Shown in pieces: positions 57,739 through 64,000 of a stretch of DNA of 64,000 nt; position 1 is the stretch's first letter, and each line of letters starts with the position of its first letter. Location of the stretch: positions 1,779 through 65,778 of IMG/VR virus record IMGVR_UViG_3300009702_001278; one strand, 5' to 3'. The notes beneath the pieces were generated by a model. The model saw only the letters and a program-made list of their open reading frames with translations. It was not told the origin of the DNA and ran no database searches. The translations under genes and the position numbers were made by a program. The stretch comes from a virus (taxonomy: Duplodnaviria; Caudoviricetes).

Positions 57739-58150
57739 TAAACTTCATAACGTCATCGAAGCTCTCAGCCTTGTTCATAAAGTCAATGAACGTTGCGACC
57801 TCTTCGTCTTCGATTTGGTCACCTCTAAACTGTTCTTTCAACTCCTGAGACTTGCGTATACGGCGCTTGTTATGGATTTGCTCTATGAGCATATAGCATA
57901 AATCTTCAACCGAAGCCTGCTTCTCCTTGGCGAAGCTCGTAACAGTACGGGCCTTGCATTTGGAGCATGTATGTTCCACATAAACAGTGCTCTGGCTCTT
58001 TCCAAACATTCTTATACCAACTGCACAAATATCTTTCTTGTTAACTTTGGAGTTGCACTTGTAGCACTTCTTGGTCTCGAAGATACTGGTGATCCATCTA
58101 GGGATACACGTATGTAATGGCTGCTTATTATCCATCTTGGCATCTCCCAT
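57677..58150 (-). CDS. hypothetical zinc-ribbon protein
   Basis: CYKC...CSKC. Confidence 0.6.
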   Translation of the reverse strand: MGDAKMDNKQPLHTCIPRWITSIFETKKCYKCNSKVNKKDICAVGIRMFGKSQSTVYVEHTCSKCKARTVTSFAKEKQASVEDLCYMLIEQIHNKRRIRKSQELKEQFRGDQIEDEEVATFIDFMNKAESFDDVMKFIGSSKLPPEPPPKTKEEDES

Positions 58151-58155
58151 TGCAT

Positions 58156-59412
58156 CTATTCCTTCTGGTCGAGTTGGATATTATAGGACCACGTAACACC
58201 TTTCTTCGTGTGGATTCCAAACAACTTTTGCTCTGCTCGATCCTTCCTGCGAAGGTCTTTCAGGGAATACATATCGCCGCCCATAAAGGAACCATTCATC
58301 AAGATGCGACCGCTATTTGTCTGCAACTCGGCGGGGGTATGAAAATGCCCCAGCAACAGATAGTCTGGCTTCTCTTGCATAAGGCCAAGAATCAAACGTT
58401 CTGCTCGTTCTACACCATAGTAAGGCACACCCATGCTACCACGTATACCATCACCATGAGTCATGTAGAAATTGTGATCCTGTATCTTCTTCTGCAACCA
58501 CCAAGCTTTGGGAATCTCCCAGTTGATATTGTCGTATTCGAGCATCGATGCTCTGACAAATTCGTAACAAATACGATCCCAGTTCGTGCTGTCCTTGTGG
58601 CTCCCCTTCTTACCAACTCTACCATGATTGCCGTAGATGCCATAGAAGTTTACCTTTTCAAATGCTTGCGACCATACGGCTATTACATCTCTGATCGCAG
58701 CGGCACCTTCGATGAGTTGATCGTAGATATCCAGATCGATATAGCTGGAACTCCACGAACCTGCATCATTCATGCCTGCCACAACATCACCCAAGCTAAA
58801 AACATGCAGTTCAGGCAAGTTGCATACATGGCGGTGACGTTCTGCGATGCTAAGTACCGTATCTCTGAGTACACTAAGTCGCTTCTTGGCAATATTAATG
58901 TTGAATTCCGATAAGCCGCCTGTATCCTCTTTCGTGTAACTAGCACCTAAGTGCATATCACTGAGAATAACTCCCATATGTTCGTCACTATACGTCAACT
59001 TAGGATTGGGAACATACTTCAAGTCAGAAGGTTTAGGCTTAGGTAATCGCAATATAGAACTTTGTATAGCATCAATAACAAGTTGAGTCCTAGCTTGCTC
59101 TCGCTTGACCAGTCGCTCTTGAGTGCTTAAGGTAGTTTCAATTACCTTTTGCTTCTCGACCTCCCTATCTTCCATCTCTGCCAGCAATTCTTCCTTCTCG
59201 CCTTGGATTTCCAAGAACTTCACCCAGTCGGTCTGCTGCCACTTCTTGTGGATTAAGTTCTCGCTATACTCTCGGCGGCTAATCTTATCGCTCATTATGT
59301 CAGCGATCTGCTTGTGAGTATTCTTGGCAACCTTGAGATGGTATAGCATTAACATCTCTTCGGTGGTCCATTTTCCGCCAGTACTGCCGTTGGTTTCGAT
59401 AATCATCGTCAA
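58156..59412 (-). CDS. metallophosphoesterase (nuclease-like) with N-terminal HTH/coiled coil
   Basis: SDMHLG, LGDVV, GNHGR, THGD, GHFH, NGSF. Confidence 0.82.
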   Translation of the reverse strand: MTMIIETNGSTGGKWTTEEMLMLYHLKVAKNTHKQIADIMSDKISRREYSENLIHKKWQQTDWVKFLEIQGEKEELLAEMEDREVEKQKVIETTLSTQERLVKREQARTQLVIDAIQSSILRLPKPKPSDLKYVPNPKLTYSDEHMGVILSDMHLGASYTKEDTGGLSEFNINIAKKRLSVLRDTVLSIAERHRHVCNLPELHVFSLGDVVAGMNDAGSWSSSYIDLDIYDQLIEGAAAIRDVIAVWSQAFEKVNFYGIYGNHGRVGKKGSHKDSTNWDRICYEFVRASMLEYDNINWEIPKAWWLQKKIQDHNFYMTHGDGIRGSMGVPYYGVERAERLILGLMQEKPDYLLLGHFHTPAELQTNSGRILMNGSFMGGDMYSLKDLRRKDRAEQKLFGIHTKKGVTWSYNIQLDQKE

Positions 59413-59420
59413 TCTCCCAT

Positions 59421-60209
59421 TTAATTTTTCTTAATCTCAGTAAAGGAATCCTGCTGAAAAAAAGATGGCCTTATCACAACTTCAGGAAAGTTTCGTCGAA
59501 CGAACGTAGCCACGATGGCATCCGTTGCTTCGACCATTTTATCGTTATGTGTGCGCGTTACCCCTTCCGGGTTAATGCGATATTTTATCAGTGGTTCTTG
59601 GAAATTATACAGCTTACTGCCACCTAATAGTAGACGACACCACAAATGAAGGTCCAGTGCCGTCTGAAGATACGGGTCCATCGAATAACCCCCGACCCTT
59701 AAAACAGCGTCCTTACGGTACATACTTGAGGAATCTATGATGGGATTCAATTTATGTTTCTTGATGAGACGGAAGGCTTCTTGAGTATTTTGAGGTGGGT
59801 AAGACATCGTTCCACGAGAAGCTCCTGTATAGTTGATCTTGAAAGCATGCGAGCCAATGAAATCAACATCAGAGTTCTCATCGAGGAATTTCACCTCTTT
59901 CTCAAACCGTTCCGGCAGGCTGATATCATCTCCATCATGTATTGCTATGTAGTCACCTTGAGCAACAAGAAGTGCCCTGTTGCGACTAATCGGTATTCCT
60001 TCATTATTGGCGTTCTCCAAAAGTCGCACGTTGTCATGCTGCTGGAAGTAGTCCAGCATAATCTCTCTGCTATCATCAGTTGAACCATCATTGACAAGTA
60101 TAAGTTCAAAATCCTGAAATCTCTGACCAAATACTGAGTCGAGACTGTCTTTCAGGTACGGGCTAGCATTGTAAATTGTCGTGATAACCGTCAATTTAGG
60201 CATAAGCAT
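59421..60209 (-). CDS. glycosyltransferase family 2
   Basis: YNA, VNDGSTD, DGDD motifs. Confidence 0.88.
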   Translation of the reverse strand: MLMPKLTVITTIYNASPYLKDSLDSVFGQRFQDFELILVNDGSTDDSREIMLDYFQQHDNVRLLENANNEGIPISRNRALLVAQGDYIAIHDGDDISLPERFEKEVKFLDENSDVDFIGSHAFKINYTGASRGTMSYPPQNTQEAFRLIKKHKLNPIIDSSSMYRKDAVLRVGGYSMDPYLQTALDLHLWCRLLLGGSKLYNFQEPLIKYRINPEGVTRTHNDKMVEATDAIVATFVRRNFPEVVIRPSFFQQDSFTEIKKN

Positions 60210-60233
60210 CTTTCTTTCAGTATAATGATATTT

Positions 60234-61328
60234 TCATCGTTCAATTAGTGTTCGGTATTGCGGTAAAACTTTATTCCAAGTCATCTCACGATCTATTTGT
60301 CTGCGTCCAAAATCCCCCAATGAGGGGGTACTCCATAATTCCTGTATATGCTGTCGGAACAGTCGTGTTTCTCTTGCACTTACCATACAATGATAATTGC
60401 GATCTTTTCCGCAAGTAACAAACCTGCCACCATCTAACCCTCGCACGTTTCCAACATCAAATGACACCCAAGGAGTTCTGGCAGCCATAGCCTCAAGGAT
60501 CACTAGAGGTGCCACCTCCTTCTCGGAAGTTAAAGTAAACAGGTTAGCAGCCTTGAAAAACGCCACCACATCTTCTCTGGGTAAGTTCTTCAAAAGATGA
60601 GAGTTTGTCACTCGTGATGTATGAACCTTCTTCTTCCACAGTGTTTCAAGTTGTAATCCGACAGAGAACTCAATATCATTGCTGATCTGAAGATACTGGA
60701 AGTTTTCAAGATGTGTGAAACCCTTCACTACTTCAACCATATGTTCCTGCCCCTTACCGGGGAAAAAGTTAGCAACGTTAACCACCCAATATTGATTGCT
60801 ATTGAGATTATACTTGTGAGCAAGTTCTTCTCTGGATATAGTATTGGAGTCGAATTCATCAGTGTCTACTCCATTCGGAATTACCACAGTTTTAGATTTT
60901 AGTGGACCAGTGCAGAATTTGTAATCCCTGTCATGTTCAGAGTGGCAAATCAACGTCTCTATATTGCTAGATTGCCTATGGAACTGCATGGCGTAGTTGC
61001 GGTTGCTATACATGTAGTTAGCCCCACACAACGCTATAATAAGCCGAGGCTTTATGATGTTCTTTACGATATGTCTGAAGAAGTCAAACACATCACTGTA
61101 GATAAAAACTACATCCGGCCCTACTTTGTTAAGCTTAGTAAAGAAATGCTGCACATCTTTCGGGCTATACTCAATGATATGATCGGATGATTTGCGACCT
61201 GGTACTCTGCGCGTCAGAATATACACATCATGATCGTGAAAGCTCTCAGCGATTTTCTGAGTAACTATTTCACAACCGCCGACTGATGGCGCATAGTGAT
61301 TGGTGCATATCGCAATCCTAAGAGGCAT
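60234..61328 (-). CDS. glycosyltransferase family 4 (GT-B)
   Basis: IPNGVD, KGQ, EVAPLVILEAMA. Confidence 0.85.
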   Translation of the reverse strand: MPLRIAICTNHYAPSVGGCEIVTQKIAESFHDHDVYILTRRVPGRKSSDHIIEYSPKDVQHFFTKLNKVGPDVVFIYSDVFDFFRHIVKNIIKPRLIIALCGANYMYSNRNYAMQFHRQSSNIETLICHSEHDRDYKFCTGPLKSKTVVIPNGVDTDEFDSNTISREELAHKYNLNSNQYWVVNVANFFPGKGQEHMVEVVKGFTHLENFQYLQISNDIEFSVGLQLETLWKKKVHTSRVTNSHLLKNLPREDVVAFFKAANLFTLTSEKEVAPLVILEAMAARTPWVSFDVGNVRGLDGGRFVTCGKDRNYHCMVSARETRLFRQHIQELWSTPSLGDFGRRQIDREMTWNKVLPQYRTLIER

Positions 61329-61394
61329 GTTTTAGTTCTCTTATTCCTCGGCACTCACTATAAAACAACGAGTCATTTAGATGAATATACCCTT

Positions 61395-61790
61395 TCATGA
61401 GCCTTTATCAGCTGTATTCAATATTTCCACAGTGGGCGGTTCAGAGGCGGGCTTCTTTGCCTTGACCGAAGTCTGTTGCTCTACTGCAATCTTCGGTCCC
61501 CATTTGTTAACCCCCTGACTTTGGGCCATCTGATATATTGTGTCACGTATATCTAGTAGCACCTGGATGCTCACTTTTTGCAAGATAATCTGAATTTTGT
61601 CGGGTTCCAGCTTCAAATCCTGATTGTCGGGGTGCAACCATTGGAGTAACCCTTCTATTTTTGCTCTGTCATCATGCGGGTTCATAGTGTCCTTCCTTTT
61701 TATAAGTAATAGAATCAATATTGCGAGCGTTATATCGTGCAACCAGACGGTCATCCTTCCAGACTCGCAACCATACAATGCTGTATTCAC
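61395..61790 (-). CDS. hypothetical protein
   Basis: Likely start MNPHDD at 61685 after GGAAGGA. Confidence 0.5.
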   Translation of the reverse strand: MNTALYGCESGRMTVWLHDITLAILILLLIKRKDTMNPHDDRAKIEGLLQWLHPDNQDLKLEPDKIQIILQKVSIQVLLDIRDTIYQMAQSQGVNKWGPKIAVEQQTSVKAKKPASEPPTVEILNTADKGS

Positions 61791-61932
61791 CTAGATATTG
61801 CTCTTCGGCATCAATTAGGATTACCCCATCCATTCCAACACTAACTGAATCGTATAAGACGCCAGGAGTATAAGGCGAAGCCTCCCACCCAATACGATGG
61901 ATGGGAGGGCTGTCTATTAGTATTTTGTCCAT
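61672..61932 (-). CDS. hypothetical protein
   Basis: 86-aa ORF in operon. Confidence 0.5.
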   Translation of the reverse strand: MDKILIDSPPIHRIGWEASPYTPGVLYDSVSVGMDGVILIDAEEQYLGEYSIVWLRVWKDDRLVARYNARNIDSITYKKEGHYEPA

Positions 61933-61941
61933 AAGATTGAT

Positions 61942-62232
61942 TTACTCTAAAATAGCTAGCACCTCAGCGGCGGCCATAACCAGATAAGTCTTTCCATCGA
62001 CTTCAACTTCGCTCCCGCCATATGTGGCGAAGACCACATTGTCACCAACAGACAGAGGAATAGGTTTGACAGTGCCATCATTCATCAACAGTCCTTCACC
62101 AACAGCGACAACTGTCCCACGCTTAGGTTTTTCCTTCGAGGTTTCAGGAGCATATAGATTTGTGCCACCGAGCTTCTCTTCGGCACTATGCTGCTCAATA
62201 ACAACTTTGTCAAATAGGGGCTTAAGATTCAT
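61942..62232 (-). CDS. groES: co-chaperonin GroES
   Basis: LKPLFDKV...KEKPKRGTVVAVGEG...VGDNV...YGGSEV. Confidence 0.93.
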   Translation of the reverse strand: MNLKPLFDKVVIEQHSAEEKLGGTNLYAPETSKEKPKRGTVVAVGEGLLMNDGTVKPIPLSVGDNVVFATYGGSEVEVDGKTYLVMAAAEVLAILE

Positions 62233-62244
62233 TCGATCATCTCC

Positions 62245-62997
62245 TTAGATTGGGAACCAACCGTTCCACTTGTCCTTAAAACGTGTCCAACTCTGGACAA
62301 ACTGTGTATTCTTTTCAAACAACTTCTGTGAGTTTAAGGTCTGGTGCGATAGATGAGTGATCTTACTCTCTGGGCACCACGATAATTTGAACCCAGCTAG
62401 CAAAGCCCGGAAACAAAAATCCGGGTCTTCAAAATAGGCGGGACTAAATCGTTCATCAAATAGACCTATCTCCTCGTATACAGCCCTCTTGATAAGCATA
62501 CCACCACAACCAATGTACGTCCAGTCATCTTTTGGATTTATGCATCGCTTGTAAGGGAAGTAGCTTCTTTTATGGGTCTGTCCTCCAACAACCACAACTC
62601 CCCCACCCTTATTGGGCGGAACCAATTTCCATGCTTCACAACCTACCACATCATAACCTTTTTCCATGTGCTGATGCAACGCATCCAGCCATCCAGGCTC
62701 AACATACTGGTCGTTATCTATGTTCGTGAAGTAGTCAGATGTGACGAATGAGGCTCCTAAGTTACGCCCACAAATAACTCCAAGATTGGCACGCTTATCA
62801 TCACGAAATGCTGTAACTACTTGCCATTTATGATCTTGCCGCCCTTCTTCAAGCCATGCTGTCGTCCCATCTGTCGAATTATTATCGACAAAGATCAGGT
62901 TAAAGTTTTTTGTATTGGCAAATAGATGTCGTACAAAGCCTTTCGTTACGTTTAGTTGGTTATGCACAAGGCATACAATATCCGTCGTAGGATGCAT
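62245..62997 (-). CDS. glycosyltransferase family 2
   Basis: VDNNSTD, IDND, GLFDERF..AYFEDPDFCFR. Confidence 0.88.
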   Translation of the reverse strand: MHPTTDIVCLVHNQLNVTKGFVRHLFANTKNFNLIFVDNNSTDGTTAWLEEGRQDHKWQVVTAFRDDKRANLGVICGRNLGASFVTSDYFTNIDNDQYVEPGWLDALHQHMEKGYDVVGCEAWKLVPPNKGGGVVVVGGQTHKRSYFPYKRCINPKDDWTYIGCGGMLIKRAVYEEIGLFDERFSPAYFEDPDFCFRALLAGFKLSWCPESKITHLSHQTLNSQKLFEKNTQFVQSWTRFKDKWNGWFPI

Positions 62998-63055
62998 ACC
63001 CCATTATACCTTTTACTGGATGGTTTTCGTTGAGCTTCTGACTGTCAGCCCGACC

Positions 63056-64000
63056 TCAACGATGTTGCATTAAGTACTCATCGACCGATACTCGAACTAT
63101 ATCGTTGTAGGTGATATCTGTATCCTCCTCAAAAGACTTTTTCCGAGCGAGCCGTTTCAATGAGTTGATCGAGTTACTTGACAGTCTGATACTAACAGTC
63201 TGGTTGCCTTCAAAGGGTAGAAACTCGGCACCAAATTCTGATTTGAATTCATCATCACTCATCATTTTGAATTCATTCTTTAATAACTGCTCGCTCAATC
63301 GAGTGTTCACTTCCCAAGTGGGGTATTTCACAGCTAGTCGATTAGGAGATAAATATGCTTCTGTATAACGTTTGTGTACTACATCGCCTTCTGATCTGGG
63401 TGAAGTTATAGTTATAATTTTTGAGTCTAATCCTCCATCGGCGTTCCTAAAATCAGATGTGGCTGGGCATAAATATGAATAAACTCTGTCAGCATCTTTG
63501 AAAGATGCAGCTTCGTCCAGAATTAAAGTGAATATCCCTTTACCCAACAAACTGTCGCTGCCACATTCTGCGGATAGGATGATAACCGAAGAAGTCTTGC
63601 CGCCTTGCCTGATGTCCGCGTTAGTAAGTAAATGTATCCTATCAGGCTCTAGCTTGAGTATCCTGTCTTTGAAAAGTCCTGAATTTTGCATTCTCGATTT
63701 ACATTCATTAAACAGTATCTTTGATTGAACCGGCGAACATGCCACTAGCAATATGTAAATCGGATTTCCAGGTACAAGTTTGTAATGTTTATAAGGGTCG
63801 TCTAAGTTCAGTAAAAAATGTGCCTCTTTTAAGGCTAAAATGCTTGCGAGAAAATCTTTGCCACTGCGTCTCCCTAGAATGGCTACAAGTTCTCGGTATC
63901 CTCCTTGATAAAATTCGTTCAGTATACTCAGTTGGCGTGGAAAAAGTTTTATTCCATCTCTCTCAAAGTTCATTTTATTGCAAAACTCGTTTATCAACAT
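63056..64000 (-). CDS. terminase-large-subunit-like ATPase domain with C-terminal ribbon-helix-helix (5' end at window edge)
   Basis: FPRQ, LGRRSGKD, LILDEAA, ITSP, PTWEVN, EFGAEF, then TVSIRL...LKRLA...DIVR. Confidence 0.7.
   Translation of the reverse strand: MLINEFCNKMNFERDGIKLFPRQLSILNEFYQGGYRELVAILGRRSGKDFLASILALKEAHFLLNLDDPYKHYKLVPGNPIYILLVACSPVQSKILFNECKSRMQNSGLFKDRILKLEPDRIHLLTNADIRQGGKTSSVIILSAECGSDSLLGKGIFTLILDEAASFKDADRVYSYLCPATSDFRNADGGLDSKIITITSPRSEGDVVHKRYTEAYLSPNRLAVKYPTWEVNTRLSEQLLKNEFKMMSDDEFKSEFGAEFLPFEGNQTVSIRLSSNSINSLKRLARKKSFEEDTDITYNDIVRVSVDEYLMQHR

Noticed and set aside
58117-58914. 265-aa plus-strand ORF and the other plus-strand ORFs in the track
   Set aside because: All are antisense shadows of well-supported minus-strand genes and show no recognisable motifs
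1-64000. Genome-wide TAG reassignment (genetic code 15)
   Set aside because: Long genes are open in code 11, and TAG ends many genes directly before the next RBS or a terminator (723, 20859, 23797, 24492, 58156)

Overview
This 64 kb window looks like the DNA replication, recombination and modification region of a large (jumbo-type) bacteriophage or phage-like element. Nearly every credible gene is on the minus strand and tightly packed. It carries a dnaE split into two genes, DnaB, a DnaC-like loader, a primase split into two genes, RecA, an SSB, UvrD, an SF2 helicase, a Cas4-like nuclease, UDG, six DNA methyltransferases, a sigma-like factor, IF3, GroES, SpoVS, PurA, a NeuA/NeuB/KdsC/Maf nonulosonic-acid module, glycosyltransferases and a terminase-like ATPase. 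Five inteins and several free-standing homing endonucleases are present. The most striking signal is a 50-nt insert in the PHP motif of dnaE, arranged like a T4 gene 60 ribosomal bypass: CAG, UAG, a 23-bp hairpin, GGAG, then a matching CAG. A second matched-codon UAG gap sits at a methyltransferase DPPY motif, and two more conserved genes carry in-frame UAGs. Also notable are a DnaE intein whose frame stays open across a nested out-of-frame endonuclease gene, an atypical split intein (24-aa IntN, 130-aa IntC) in an AAA ATPase, and repeated gene-end duplications around homing endonucleases. Other frameshifts and motif substitutions mean that genome decay or assembly error is a real competing explanation for some interruptions. 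All calls come from reading motifs by eye; no searches were run.
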